64,000 nucleotides of DNA, taken from IMG/VR virus record IMGVR_UViG_2061766007_000327; one strand, 5' to 3'. A model generated the notes under the pieces. It did not search any database, was not told the origin of the DNA, and was given only the letters and a program-made list of their open reading frames with translations. A program made the position numbers and the translations under genes. Position 1 is the first letter of the stretch. Each line of letters starts with the position of its first letter. The DNA is from an uncultured virus (IMG/VR IMGVR_UViG_2061766007_000327). Taxonomy: Duplodnaviria > Heunggongvirae > Uroviricota > Caudoviricetes. Positions 1-10,725 of this stretch are shown here, one piece after another.

Positions 1-1080
1 GACCCCGTTTCATCCCTTACCTTTGACTACGAGCAGCTGATCGTCAGCAATCGCCTCAAGGTAATGGCAACCTACACTGACAAGGATTCCGAGGCCATTC
101 CTTTCGGAACTGAAGGCTTCGAGGCCGCCCGTGGCGTTGTCCCTCGTCAGAAGGCTCGCTTCATCTGGGATGAGGACGACTATCGCAAGTATCTCGACGC
201 TGTCCGCAAGCTGGACTTCCAGAACACCACTGCAAAGCAGTATGCTCTCGACCTCCTCTTCAACGGCCTCAGCGACATCAAGAACGCTCACGAGTTGTCT
301 ATGACCTATCAGCGCGACCAGATGGTTTCCAACCGTCAGCTCACCCTTACCGCCGACAACAACCCTCGTGGTATCCAGGGCCTTACCTTCTTGGCTCAGG
401 TTCCTGACGCTAACGTTACTACCCTCTCCGGCAATAACCGTTGGTACACCAGCACGACCGATAAGGATTCCGATCACGAAGGCTCCACCGCCGACCCTGT
501 GAAGGATATCCGTACCATCGTCCGCGCAATGCGTCGCAAGGGCTACACCAACATCGTTCTCGAGGTTGATGAGCAGTCTTGGTATGACGATATGGATCAC
601 AGTGCATGGCGTACCGCCATCGGCTATCAGCTTCGTCCAGACCTTGTGCTTGCCGCCAGCAATGACGCCAATGCACTCGCCGTCGGTAGGGCTGCAGGCG
701 ACGACGCCGTCCGCCAGGCTTTCGCACGGATCATCGGCATTCCTCTCGCAAACATCAAGTTCCGCGAAGGTCTCGCTGCCGTCGAGAAGCTCCAGGGTAA
801 GGGCCCGGATGCGAAGTTGGTTCGCACCTCTATGCGTACCTTCAACGCCAACACCTACGTGTTCTATCCAGCCGGTCCTCTGGGAACCATTAAGTCCGTC
901 CTTCCTCTCGTTCCGGACAGCAAGGCTATGTATGCTACCTTCTTCGGCGGCAAGGGCCTCATCCAGTACGAGTACGACGCGAAGTCAAAGACCCAGGATT
1001 GGTGGTCTGAGCTGACCGCTCTCTGCGTTCCTAACCGTCCGCAGGAGATGTTCTACCTTATCACCTATTCCGCTAACTAG
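1..1080 (+). CDS. Major capsid protein (5' end probably outside the window)
   Basis: The frame is open from base 1 through the track ATG at 64. It has strong C-ending codon bias typical of a highly expressed gene and lies directly before the neck and tail genes. The C-terminus (SELTALCVPNRP..MFYL) resembles lambda gpE-type capsids. Confidence 0.75.
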   Translation, partial: DPVSSLTFDYEQLIVSNRLKVMATYTDKDSEAIPFGTEGFEAARGVVPRQKARFIWDEDDYRKYLDAVRKLDFQNTTAKQYALDLLFNGLSDIKNAHELSMTYQRDQMVSNRQLTLTADNNPRGIQGLTFLAQVPDANVTTLSGNNRWYTSTTDKDSDHEGSTADPVKDIRTIVRAMRRKGYTNIVLEVDEQSWYDDMDHSAWRTAIGYQLRPDLVLAASNDANALAVGRAAGDDAVRQAFARIIGIPLANIKFREGLAAVEKLQGKGPDAKLVRTSMRTFNANTYVFYPAGPLGTIKSVLPLVPDSKAMYATFFGGKGLIQYEYDAKSKTQDWWSELTALCVPNRPQEMFYLITYSAN

Positions 1081-1093
1081 AATCTGAAGTAAT

Positions 1094-1492
1094 ATGACAG
1101 TCGAAGAATATCTGCGTAGTTTAGTCCCGGGGTTGGATCTGCAGGACAATGTTGTTGAACGATGTGCAATCAGTCCCATCGAAGTCGACCTTGACCCTTT
1201 GGAACTGGATGATGATGTCGACGGTGACACTTTAGCGGACGAAGAATTCCGGATGCGTCTGGACTATGCTTCTTCGACGGTCTATTATTCGGTGTTGGGG
1301 GTTTTTGCTGGTGGCGGTTATTCGGAGCAAGTCGGAGATGTCCGAGCCTCAAGAGGCGGGTACACCATCACTATGGCTGACCGTGCAAGGTTTAAGTCTA
1401 TGGGCGATGCGTTGCGTGCCAAGTGGGGCTGGGAGATCGAAGACGACGAGTCATCGAGCGAAATGTATGACGCAACTTATTTGAGACGATAG
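1094..1492 (+). CDS. Putative head-tail connector/adaptor
   Basis: 132 aa, immediately after the capsid gene, with an 'SEQVGDVRAS' strand typical of adaptor proteins. Called from synteny. Confidence 0.55.
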   Translation: MTVEEYLRSLVPGLDLQDNVVERCAISPIEVDLDPLELDDDVDGDTLADEEFRMRLDYASSTVYYSVLGVFAGGGYSEQVGDVRASRGGYTITMADRARFKSMGDALRAKWGWEIEDDESSSEMYDATYLRR

Positions 1493-1495
1493 TTT

Positions 1496-1831
1496 ATGCA
1501 GTTCATCGGATTTCGTGACACATGCACTATCAGCCGGGAAACGGGTGCGAAAGATGAGTGGGATAACCCTATAAGGACCACTATCTACAGCGGGCCTTGC
1601 CTCTATGAGGAAGGCGGCACTGGATACTCGAGGTCAATTATTACAAGAGCCCCTACTGTCTTTCTCCCTGAAAACGATGTCCTGGTTTATATCAACGATG
1701 CCGTGACCGTAACCACAGAAATGGGGCGCGAAATAAAGGCAATCGCCAGAATAGTCCGGGATGTCAATATGCCTTGGAGGGTAAATGTACGAGTTACGAG
1801 GATCGAACTGAAACAGGCACAAGGAGAATAG
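1496..1831 (+). CDS. Putative head-closure (stopper) protein
   Basis: 111 aa, beta-rich, with the pattern 'TCTISR...DEWDNP....IYSGPC'. Called from synteny. Confidence 0.55.
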   Translation: MQFIGFRDTCTISRETGAKDEWDNPIRTTIYSGPCLYEEGGTGYSRSIITRAPTVFLPENDVLVYINDAVTVTTEMGREIKAIARIVRDVNMPWRVNVRVTRIELKQAQGE

Positions 1832-1834
1832 GAG

Positions 1835-2488
1835 ATGCCAAAATACGGATCACATCCACGGAATCAGAGATATCAGAACTGGGGTAAGACCTATAAGGCT
1901 TGCTCCATGGCGATCCTTGGTGCAGGGAAGGCCCTAAACCAGATCGCCACTGAAGAGCTAAACGATGTGGCACGTCGTTTTCTCCGCGAGCAAGATGCCC
2001 AATGGCCTCATAGCACCCAGGCGAAAAGCAAGAAGTCTGGAAAGACTATGCTATTCGGTGGAGACGCCGAACATCCTTGGTATTCGGGACAGTTGCACGA
2101 CAGTGTCGCTGTTAGGATAATGCAGAAGAACAGGATCACAGGTGTCCATTATATGCCGCCGTCCCCGGCCACGGGCGAACCTCAGCATACTGCGACAATA
2201 CAACATATCGTAGGTGCGGAGTGGGCTCACGATATAGCAGAGAGACACGGGGCAAGATATTTTCTCCCGGGCGTGCAAGTCCAACTTATCGTCGCCGTTC
2301 CGTATGCGGAAAAGGTGAATGAAAGCACTCGCCACGCTGGCTTTGTCGACGATCTTGCAGATGAACTCTTTTCCTCTGTGAATCAATGGGTGTTCGACGG
2401 GGGGCTTGTCCGTCCTACCATTGTCGCAGATGGTAAAACCGTGAAAGTTGTCAATAAGTCTAACGTTTCAAACAGAAAGATTCAATAA
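1835..2488 (+). CDS. Putative neck protein (HK97 gp10-like)
   Basis: Motifs 'PWYSGQLHDS' and 'VPYAEKVN' resemble the P..TG.L..S and YA.YVE motifs of gp10-like proteins. Synteny agrees. Confidence 0.55.
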   Translation: MPKYGSHPRNQRYQNWGKTYKACSMAILGAGKALNQIATEELNDVARRFLREQDAQWPHSTQAKSKKSGKTMLFGGDAEHPWYSGQLHDSVAVRIMQKNRITGVHYMPPSPATGEPQHTATIQHIVGAEWAHDIAERHGARYFLPGVQVQLIVAVPYAEKVNESTRHAGFVDDLADELFSSVNQWVFDGGLVRPTIVADGKTVKVVNKSNVSNRKIQ

Positions 2489-2928
2489 TGAAACCATCCA
2501 CTATAGAACCCGATGTCGAGTTGAAGAACTACCTTGCCGGACAGATCCGTGTAGGGAGCGGGAATACCGCCCCTATCGTCACGGTCTATTCGGACTGGGA
2601 GCGTCCGACCAATCAACTGCCCGATGACTTTATCGTGATCTACATTAACGGTGATATCGAGGGTGTTGCGATGGATATGCCATTTGCGAAGGGTTACTTG
2701 ATGGTGAACTTATACTGCAAACTGAACGACGATGGCTCCGTAAAGAAGAATAGAGTAAAGAAACTGCTCACACAGTTTGACGAACTCATAGAGAAAGCCA
2801 TAACGGCTCATTATCACTTTGAATACGACGCCAGTAGATTTATAACTCCCACTACACCGAATCAAACTTCAGGTTACTCAGTTACAAGCCTCAATTTGAG
2901 GTGGACAACAACAAGCAATTTTAACTAA
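2488..2928 (+). CDS. Putative tail terminator/completion protein
   Basis: 146 aa between the neck and tail tube genes, coupled by a TAATG overlap. Confidence 0.5.
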   Translation: MKPSTIEPDVELKNYLAGQIRVGSGNTAPIVTVYSDWERPTNQLPDDFIVIYINGDIEGVAMDMPFAKGYLMVNLYCKLNDDGSVKKNRVKKLLTQFDELIEKAITAHYHFEYDASRFITPTTPNQTSGYSVTSLNLRWTTTSNFN

Positions 2929-2944
2929 AAACTCTTTTTGAAAT

Positions 2945-3523
2945 ATGGCTGATATCATTGGCAAAATCGATGCCGCAACCGTCCCGTTTGTAGGACAGGG
3001 CGACCTCATTATCTTTGACGCAATAGATAACTACTCTAGCGCCACTCTCGCGACTCTTGCAAATCCTAAGTCCCTTGGACAGATCGTCCAGGACTCTACT
3101 TCCTGGGAGGGCGAAGACGTCTCCACTGACCAGATCCTCGACGAGCAGGGTAACATCATCACCGCGAAGGTAACTGCCGGTACCCTTTCCTTCTCCTTCG
3201 ATATCGCATCCACCAGTGCAGATATGATGAAGAAGTTCATGGCTGCCGCCGACATTACTGTCGGATCTCCGACTTGGCTCGCTGCCAACTCGACCGCTGT
3301 TGGCTTCGGTGTTGAACTCCCTGTCTTCACCGTTCCTATCCTTGTCGCCGACCAGGAGAAGAAGCGTGCATGGGTTTATCCTAAGGCCAAGATCACCTCG
3401 AACCTTTCCCTTTCTGATGGTCTGTATCGTATCCACGCTGTGGTTCTCGCAGAGCAGGTCGACACCGCCAACCTTAAGACCGGTATCCTCCTCGAGGGTG
3501 CTCTTACCTATACCTCCGCTTAA
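2945..3523 (+). CDS. Major tail (tube) protein
   Basis: 192 aa with high-expression codon bias like the capsid gene. It is followed by a terminator, then the chaperone and tape measure genes. Confidence 0.7.
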   Translation: MADIIGKIDAATVPFVGQGDLIIFDAIDNYSSATLATLANPKSLGQIVQDSTSWEGEDVSTDQILDEQGNIITAKVTAGTLSFSFDIASTSADMMKKFMAAADITVGSPTWLAANSTAVGFGVELPVFTVPILVADQEKKRAWVYPKAKITSNLSLSDGLYRIHAVVLAEQVDTANLKTGILLEGALTYTSA

Positions 3524-3547
3524 TTAAAGTAATCTCTCTATATGAAG

Positions 3548-3572
3548 GGGCGGGCCGTGCGCCCGCCCTTTT
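3548..3572 (+). terminator. Intrinsic terminator after the tail tube gene
   Basis: GGGCGGGC-CGTGC-GCCCGCCC-TTTT. Confidence 0.8.
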
Positions 3573-3586
3573 AAAATTAAATCTAT

Positions 3587-4114
3587 ATGGAAAAAACCGA
3601 TCAGTTTTTTAAAGGGGCATACGACACGATTGTCGGCGCGCCTTGTACCGTCCGGGTTGGACGTAGACGCTATAAAGTAAGGCAGGTCGCACAGGCAGTC
3701 AAATTAAGGATCGCCCTGCTCGAGCAGGAAGCACAGGTCTTGGAAGCAAAGGGCAAAGAGGGAGTATCACAGAAAGAGGCCGAGAAGCTGACAAAGAAGT
3801 TATACTCCCTTCACGCGAAGAAAGCCGCATATTACCTTCTCGGTAACTGGGCGATCTTCTTCCCGTGGATATGGGCAATAAGATGGCGCATCCTCCAACT
3901 TCGCGGTAATGAGACGACCTTCAGGATCAACGAAGCAGGAGTCGTGAGTGCTGATCTGGGTTTTTTCAAGGCCAACTGGGATATCTCAAGGCAGGAACGC
4001 GAGCTTTATATGAGACCGGTTGGCGAAGTCGCCAAGCAGGCGCAAGAGCGGCTGGAAACAGTAATGAATATGTTGGAGACGGACGCTTTGGGGATAAAGG
4101 AGGAAAACAAGTAG
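3587..4114 (+). CDS. Tail assembly chaperone (gpG-like)
   Basis: Lies between the tail tube and tape measure genes and contains the slippery heptamer G GGT TTT at 3958-3964. Confidence 0.75.
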   Translation: MEKTDQFFKGAYDTIVGAPCTVRVGRRRYKVRQVAQAVKLRIALLEQEAQVLEAKGKEGVSQKEAEKLTKKLYSLHAKKAAYYLLGNWAIFFPWIWAIRWRILQLRGNETTFRINEAGVVSADLGFFKANWDISRQERELYMRPVGEVAKQAQERLETVMNMLETDALGIKEENK

Positions 4115-4437
4115 GCTCGGCCTTCGAGTTCTCCGGGCACAACGAGAAGATCAAATACGTATATGGTAACTACAACTTCTGGTCTTGGTTCCGTTACTGG
4201 TATTTGGACTCGTGCAATGTCGTCAATATGATTCTTGTCGATAAGAGTTATTTTGACTACGACCACGAGAAGACTGAAAGACCCGCCCCCGTCATTGACT
4301 GGGAGAGTACTATCAAGACGGACGAGGAAGTACATAACATCCTCTCTATGTTTGGTTTAGGCGGCGCGATGAAAGCGCCTGAAACGTTGGACGAAATTCA
4401 AGAACACATCATAAAGCAAGAAAGTTATGGCAGTTGA
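3587..4437 (+). CDS. Frameshifted tail assembly chaperone (gpGT-like, -1 shift at 3958-3964)
   Basis: The -1 frame was read by hand and is stop-free from 3961 to 4437. It includes track ORF 4204..4437. Confidence 0.7.
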
Positions 4438-7400
4438 AATACCGGTAGTAATAAATATAGATCAGGCGTTCCAGGATGCGGCGAATAGAGTGAGTACGGC
4501 AATAAAACCGTTAAAGGCTCAAATCGAGGCAGAAACGGCGAGTTTGCAATTAAGAATCGGATTTGATAGTTATGGTCTCCCTATAAAGAAAACGTTGGAA
4601 GACCTCTTAACTGGAATCAAGAAAGGGCGCAATGGATTCATTGGTATGAAATATTCCGTAGATGAACTGGGGGCTGCTTTATCCAATGCCACAGAGCGCC
4701 TGAATAATATGCTTGACCTAGAGCGAAATGGCCAAACGATAAACCTTACCAATAAACGTGTATTAGAGGAGGCAATTGCGCTTCTTACTCAAGAAATCGA
4801 GCAACGCACTCACGCGGCAAACTTAGTCCGCCGGCAAACGGAGGAGTTAATTGCAGCCAAAAGGGCTGAGGAAGAACGAAGATACGTTATTGAGCAAGAG
4901 GCTAGAACTATCTCGGAATTATCTAATCGCCTTTCGGCACTACGGGGGCAACTACAAAATACCCTCCCCGGCTCAAAGGAATGGCGGCAGACTGCGGCGG
5001 AGATTGTCAAAGCGACAGATGCAATCGCCCAATATGAATATAAGTTAGGCCGGGTCACGACGAAGGCTGGCAGTATTAATCGTATGAGCGTAGAGATGCG
5101 AGAGCTCGAGAGGAGATGGGATGCAATGAGTCGTGCTGCCAAATTCGACAAGAACGGAGAATTGTCGAAATCTGCTCAAAAGATTGTAGATAAATATAAG
5201 CAACTGTCGCAAGAGGCTGAAAGATTCGGACAGACATTATCGCAAGTCGCTAATGCAGGTAAGGCTAAGATGAATAGTCTTAATGGGACTTTGGCGACGC
5301 AAAGCGGTTTGTGGCGATCGCTCACGTCATATGCTTCAATGTATGTATCTGTATTTGGAGCACTCAGGTTTGTTAAGCAAATTAAAGATGTTACTGCCGA
5401 ACTCGAATACCAGCGTGTTGCTCTCGGACATCTTATTCAGGACGAGGAATACGGCGCACAGTTATTCGAGAGGATCAAGAAGGCGGCCCTCGAATCCCCA
5501 TTTAGGATTACGCAGTTGGTTACATATACAAAACAACTTGCAGCATATAGGATAGAGCAAGAGAATTTGTTCGATGTTACGAAAAGATTAGCGGACATAT
5601 CTGCTGGTTTGGGCGTAGACATGAATCGCTTGATCCTGGCATACGGCCAGGTGCGTGCGGCCTCCGTCCTTCGTGGTCAGGAATTGAGGCAATTTACTGA
5701 GGCTGGAATACCATTGGTCGAGCTCCTCGCCGAGAAGTTTACGGAATTGAGAGGATATATGGTCTCGACCGCCGATGTCTTTAAGTTAATTTCTGAGCGG
5801 GCTGTCCCTTTCTCTATGATCGCTGAGATTTTTGAAGATCTCACGGATAAGGGAGGAATGTTCTATGAAATGCAGAAAATCCAGGCGGACACTCTTAAAG
5901 GAAAATGGGAAAAACTCAAGGATGCTTTTGATCTCGGACTGCAAAGTATAGGAGACTCAAAGGGTCTTGTAAATTTTAGGAATGAAGTAGATGCTTTATT
6001 GAAGGCGCTCAACCTGTTGGCTAAAAATTTGAGATTAGTCCCTAAGATTCTAGCAGGTGGAACTACGGCATGGCTTGCTTATAAAGTTGCAATGTTAGTA
6101 ACGGGGAATGCCACCCAGAAGGTAGTCACAAGCCAGGTTAGGCTTGCCGCCATGCAGAGGGCGTCTGCCACGGGGGCTAAGGTGGGCTCTCTTGCTCATA
6201 GGCGACTTACTGCGGCTTATCTTGCGCAAGATGCAGCCGCAAATAAACTCACTCTTACTTTAGCAAGACTGAGAGTGGCTCTGTGGACAAATCCGTGGAT
6301 AGCTGCTGCTACCGCTGTCGCGGGGCTGGCGGTTTCATTCCTTTCTTTCCGTAAGAATGCGGACGATGCAGTTTCGAGCGCTCAAGATATGGAGGCTGCG
6401 ATTGAAGGGATGAATAAGGCTAATTCCCGTGCGGTTAAAGAAAAGAAACTTATCGAAAGTTATGAGAAGTTATCAAAAAACACCAACCGCACGGCTGAAG
6501 AGAATACAAGACTCGCGGATACTATATTTAAGTTAAAGGAGGCATATCCTGAACTGATAGAACAAATCGGGAACGAAAACGTCGCTTTAAAAGATCAAGT
6601 GAAGGCGCTAGATGATGCGAGAAAGGCAAAACTAGACGCAACAAGAGAAGAGGCGGAACAATTGCTGGCGATAGAGGAGTCAAAAAATGTAGACTTACGA
6701 AAAAAACAGGAGGAAGCTCGAGAGGAATATTTGACGGCATTCTCTAAATTCGTAAATGACGCGAAGAACGTGGCTGCAGACACCGCCGAAGGAGAAGAAT
6801 TGACGAAACAGTTACTAGGAGAAGATTATGCCGATCTTATATCTTCCGATAGATTAGAAAAATTTGAGACAAAGAGCAGAGAAGCGGCGGAAGAGGCCTG
6901 GGGAAAACTTGATGAAGTTAATCAAGAACTGGAGAAATCCGACAGGCTCATATCTAGACTTAAAGCTCAACTAAATCCGGAGGAGGCAAATAAAGACCTA
7001 GAGGAATGGCAAAACCAAATCCTCAAGATTCAAGCAGCAAAGATAGCCCAGGGAGAAGTCCCATTATTTACCGAAGACGATGTTAAAGGCTTCTCTTCCG
7101 TCTACGATATGTCTCAGAAGCTAGAAAAGAAGATGAAAGACCTAACGGTGTCTATCGCCGGAATGAAGGCTATGCTTGCCAGCTTGCCCGAGGGTTCTCC
7201 CGCATGGCTTTCCACCGACTCGGATATAAAGAGAGAAGAAAAGCAATTAGAAGTAGGTCAGGATATTAAAGATCTTTTCCACCTTATATTCAAGTCAAGT
7301 TCGGGTAAGAAAGGCTCTGGCACCGACCCATTCATCACTCTTATGCAGAACCGCATCAAGTTTATGCAGGACTTCAAGAAGGGATATGACGACTTAAGCA

Positions 7401-10105
7401 AGTATATGTCATCTGCACAGGCTGAAATGGAGGAGTCAACCATTATGCTCGGGCGCGGGCAGTCACTTGGGCTCAGCGCAGACCAGCAGTTACGGGCTGT
7501 CAAGGGCTTATCCCAGTGGTACGAGGATATGATTGAGGACGTAAAAAAGAAGTTGAGGGAGAAGGGTGTCAGTGGCATATCTGCAACTGATTTTCTGAGC
7601 ATCGATACTACGAAAAAGAGCAAGGCGGTACAGGATCTGCAGAAACTCCTTCAGCAACTCTGGGATGCGAAGACAGATTACGACACGAGCGAAAGGAAGA
7701 AGCAAATCGAGGATGCGCTAAAGAAATTGTCCGAAGAGATAAAGCGTAGCGAAACCGCGAAGAACTTCTTTGAGAACGTTTTGGGTCTAACCGGGGACAA
7801 GGAGCTTGCCGGGAATCTTGCCGTAAGTGTGTATGGCGACCCGGGCGAGGAGATCGGCACGCGCATAAAGGACAGTATAGAGGGTGCGTTAGACGGGATG
7901 AAGCTCGACAAGACTTCAGGCATTGGTAAAACGCTTCTTGATGCGGCTGGAAATATGGATTTCCGAGAAGTGATGAAAAACTTCGACCAAATCCCTCATG
8001 ATTTGCAGGAAACCGTCAAGAATGCCGCTGCCGTCGTTGAAAAGTACAATACGGACACGGCAAATAGTTACGTAAAGCTGTTGATGCAATTCGACGAGAT
8101 CGGGCAGAAGCGCCGGACTATCGAGGATAAGGCAGATAAGGATATTGCTACGCTACGAGAAGGTTTAGCACTCGAACTCAAGGCGATCAACGAAAAGATG
8201 GAGGGAGAGGAAAAGGAAGCCGCAGAGAAAGCAGCGAGAGCAAGAGAGGAGGCGGCAGAAGAGGGCGTTAATCGCCAGCGAGAACTTGATTTGCTTCGTA
8301 CTAGTCGCGATTATCGCCTTTTCTTTGAGACTATTGGCACTATTTCCTTGGCGTCTGCCAGGAAGATTGCTAAGGCGGAAAGAGATATTGTTTCGAAACA
8401 ATTCGAAGCGCGCGAGATATCCTTGAATCAGTATCTCCGTGCTCTTGCTAGGATAGACGAGCAACTCAAGAAATACGAAGACGAGAGGAATCCAATCGTA
8501 ACGTATTTAACCAAGGGTCTTGACGGCTTGTTCGAAAAATTAAAGCAGACCGACATTAATCTCCGCGCTTTTGCTGGTAATCTCAAGGATGATGAAGGTA
8601 ATTTCAGTCTCCCGGAAGGTCTTAAAGAGGCCGTTAATACCATAGGAAAAATATTCGGTGGTAGTATTTTCGGAGAGAATATAAAGGGGCGCAAGAATGT
8701 ATTTGAGCAACTGAAGGAGCAAAACAAGGAGAATGCTGACGCCTGGGAGGAGACTCTCGATCGGGTTGCAGAGAAACTCGGAGAGATGGGTTCTGATATG
8801 TCCCGCGGCTTCGGCTGGGCAGGATTCTGGGTCAGTTTTGCTGGCGGAGCCGTCAAATCTTTCGACCAGATAGCCCAGAAGTCAAAGAATACGGAGGGCG
8901 AAGTTAAGGAAGGATGGAATGCCGTCGGTAAATTTATTATGACATCCGCCGCAGGTATGCTTGTCGGGAACCCTCTTGGAGCGGGGGTTTTAGGTCAATT
9001 ATGGGATGTCGATGACGCATGGGAACGCTTTACCTCGCTTAACGAGAAGGCGATGTCGGGCTTCGAGAAATTCAAGTCCGGCGATATTATCGGTGCTATT
9101 GCCGACAACATAGAGGGCTGGTCTGAAGTGTTTGGGAAAAACACGAAGGCTATCGACCGCCAAATAAAGGAGCAGTCCGACAATATCGAAGAGCTTAAAT
9201 ATCAATACGACCGTCTCGGAGTGGCGATTGAGGACGCTTTTGGTTCTGATTATATTTATAATTTCCAAAAGCAGGTGGAGGTCTTGCAGGCTCAGGCAGA
9301 GGCTTACCGTAAGCAGGCTGAACTGGAGCAGCAGAAGGGTGATAAGAAGAGGGATGATGAGAAGATCAAGGGCTACAAGAACTCGGCTCGGGAGATTGAA
9401 GACCAGATAAAGGATATGCAAGGTCAACTTGCGGAGTTTTTCACTGGCACAGACCTTACGAGTGCGGCTCGGGATTTTGCCCAGGCGTGGATTGAAGCAT
9501 ACAAGGAGTTCGGTAGTACCACGGATGCTATGAGGGAGAAATTCGACGAGATGATAGAGAATATGGTCGTTAATTCTCTCGCGGCAAGACTTGTACAAGG
9601 CATTCTGAAGCCTATCTTCGACGAGATAGATAAGGCAGCGGGAGAGGGTGATCTCTCGGCTCAGAAGATCGGGGAGATTTCGGCACTTGTTCCAACAGCA
9701 ATCGAGAAAATCGACAATAGTTTGGGCACAATGGTGAGCCAACTCTCTACGGCCGGCATCAACCTTCGCCAGCAGGCTGGGCAGTTCACTGGCATTTCGC
9801 GCGACATCGCCGGGGCATCCGAGGAGTCGATTCTCGGGCTTGCAGCGGGCGTGAACACTGCGAACTTCTATATGTCTCACCTGCCTGCGATTGCGGAAAA
9901 CGTTGCCGCCTTGCGTGCTTACATCGTCGGAGATGCTGCAGCAACGGTCAGAACAACCGCTAGTGAGGGGCCTACGTATGAAGACCAGATGCTTGGCTAT
10001 GCGGCTAACTTGCCGATGATGAGGGACGATATGTATGCGGTAAGGTCGCTCCTGGAGAAGGTAATCAAGCCGGTAGGATCTGCCTACTATGTTTTTGTTA
10101 GGTAG
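4427..10105 (+). CDS. Tape measure protein
   Basis: 1892 aa, helical/coiled-coil, with a tape-measure core ('ESPF...LADISAG...LILAYGQV....LRGQELRQFTEAGIP') and hydrophobic segments. Confidence 0.93.
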   Translation: MAVEIPVVINIDQAFQDAANRVSTAIKPLKAQIEAETASLQLRIGFDSYGLPIKKTLEDLLTGIKKGRNGFIGMKYSVDELGAALSNATERLNNMLDLERNGQTINLTNKRVLEEAIALLTQEIEQRTHAANLVRRQTEELIAAKRAEEERRYVIEQEARTISELSNRLSALRGQLQNTLPGSKEWRQTAAEIVKATDAIAQYEYKLGRVTTKAGSINRMSVEMRELERRWDAMSRAAKFDKNGELSKSAQKIVDKYKQLSQEAERFGQTLSQVANAGKAKMNSLNGTLATQSGLWRSLTSYASMYVSVFGALRFVKQIKDVTAELEYQRVALGHLIQDEEYGAQLFERIKKAALESPFRITQLVTYTKQLAAYRIEQENLFDVTKRLADISAGLGVDMNRLILAYGQVRAASVLRGQELRQFTEAGIPLVELLAEKFTELRGYMVSTADVFKLISERAVPFSMIAEIFEDLTDKGGMFYEMQKIQADTLKGKWEKLKDAFDLGLQSIGDSKGLVNFRNEVDALLKALNLLAKNLRLVPKILAGGTTAWLAYKVAMLVTGNATQKVVTSQVRLAAMQRASATGAKVGSLAHRRLTAAYLAQDAAANKLTLTLARLRVALWTNPWIAAATAVAGLAVSFLSFRKNADDAVSSAQDMEAAIEGMNKANSRAVKEKKLIESYEKLSKNTNRTAEENTRLADTIFKLKEAYPELIEQIGNENVALKDQVKALDDARKAKLDATREEAEQLLAIEESKNVDLRKKQEEAREEYLTAFSKFVNDAKNVAADTAEGEELTKQLLGEDYADLISSDRLEKFETKSREAAEEAWGKLDEVNQELEKSDRLISRLKAQLNPEEANKDLEEWQNQILKIQAAKIAQGEVPLFTEDDVKGFSSVYDMSQKLEKKMKDLTVSIAGMKAMLASLPEGSPAWLSTDSDIKREEKQLEVGQDIKDLFHLIFKSSSGKKGSGTDPFITLMQNRIKFMQDFKKGYDDLSKYMSSAQAEMEESTIMLGRGQSLGLSADQQLRAVKGLSQWYEDMIEDVKKKLREKGVSGISATDFLSIDTTKKSKAVQDLQKLLQQLWDAKTDYDTSERKKQIEDALKKLSEEIKRSETAKNFFENVLGLTGDKELAGNLAVSVYGDPGEEIGTRIKDSIEGALDGMKLDKTSGIGKTLLDAAGNMDFREVMKNFDQIPHDLQETVKNAAAVVEKYNTDTANSYVKLLMQFDEIGQKRRTIEDKADKDIATLREGLALELKAINEKMEGEEKEAAEKAARAREEAAEEGVNRQRELDLLRTSRDYRLFFETIGTISLASARKIAKAERDIVSKQFEAREISLNQYLRALARIDEQLKKYEDERNPIVTYLTKGLDGLFEKLKQTDINLRAFAGNLKDDEGNFSLPEGLKEAVNTIGKIFGGSIFGENIKGRKNVFEQLKEQNKENADAWEETLDRVAEKLGEMGSDMSRGFGWAGFWVSFAGGAVKSFDQIAQKSKNTEGEVKEGWNAVGKFIMTSAAGMLVGNPLGAGVLGQLWDVDDAWERFTSLNEKAMSGFEKFKSGDIIGAIADNIEGWSEVFGKNTKAIDRQIKEQSDNIEELKYQYDRLGVAIEDAFGSDYIYNFQKQVEVLQAQAEAYRKQAELEQQKGDKKRDDEKIKGYKNSAREIEDQIKDMQGQLAEFFTGTDLTSAARDFAQAWIEAYKEFGSTTDAMREKFDEMIENMVVNSLAARLVQGILKPIFDEIDKAAGEGDLSAQKIGEISALVPTAIEKIDNSLGTMVSQLSTAGINLRQQAGQFTGISRDIAGASEESILGLAAGVNTANFYMSHLPAIAENVAALRAYIVGDAAATVRTTASEGPTYEDQMLGYAANLPMMRDDMYAVRSLLEKVIKPVGSAYYVFVR

Positions 10106-10172
10106 ATGTTGCGCGATTGTTTAATCTTTAGTATTTTTACAACGTTACGCTAAACATCGAGACCAATTTTTG

Positions 10173-10215
10173 AGGGCGCCGTGGGTTGTGAAATTCGCGG
10201 CGTCCTGTTGTTTTT
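10173..10215 (+). terminator. Intrinsic terminator-like hairpin with GTGA loop
   Basis: AGGGCGCCGTGGGTT-GTGA-AATTCGCGGCGTCCT followed by GTTGTTTTT. Confidence 0.7.
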
Positions 10216-10238
10216 ATAGCTCCAACTCTTTATCTTTG
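10208..10238 (+). promoter_or_regulatory. Bacteroidota-type promoter (-33 TTG / -7 TATCTTTG)
   Basis: TTG at 10208-10210, a 20-nt spacer, then TATCTTTG at 10231-10238, just upstream of ATG 10246. Confidence 0.7.
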
Positions 10239-10245
10239 TGGTGCT

Positions 10246-10725
10246 ATGTTAACAGATTGGAAAAGACCGCTACGGCGTGAAGCCTCGCTACATGGTATGT
10301 GCGAGGAGAACCGTCATCTTCTCGAATCCGCAGAGACGAAGGATGATGTTATAGCACTATATACCAAGACGATAGACTGGGCACTGGAAGAGGGTTATCC
10401 TTCTATGACTGTTTTGCGCCAATACTTTTCGGACTGCGAGTATAAGGGGATCTTCATAGACAAGCATTTCAATGGTGAGACGCTCATAGACCTTCCGGTA
10501 TATGTATTCCATAACTGCACTGGCACGATCAAGACCGGGCTGAACATAGAGAAGAAGATTATCCCGATGCTTTACTTTGCAAACGGTTGCGATATGGATA
10601 TAAGGGGCATCTCCGGAACCTATACTAGTCCGAGAGTTCCCCTGTATGTCTTCGGTCTCAATCGGATAAGCGGTGAGCACTCCGATGCTATCGATTGTAT
10701 TACTTTCAAATTTGACACGAAATGA
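10246..10725 (+). CDS. Hypothetical tail-region protein
   Basis: 159 aa ORF with its own promoter, overlapping the next gene by ATGA. Confidence 0.6.
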   Translation: MLTDWKRPLRREASLHGMCEENRHLLESAETKDDVIALYTKTIDWALEEGYPSMTVLRQYFSDCEYKGIFIDKHFNGETLIDLPVYVFHNCTGTIKTGLNIEKKIIPMLYFANGCDMDIRGISGTYTSPRVPLYVFGLNRISGEHSDAIDCITFKFDTK

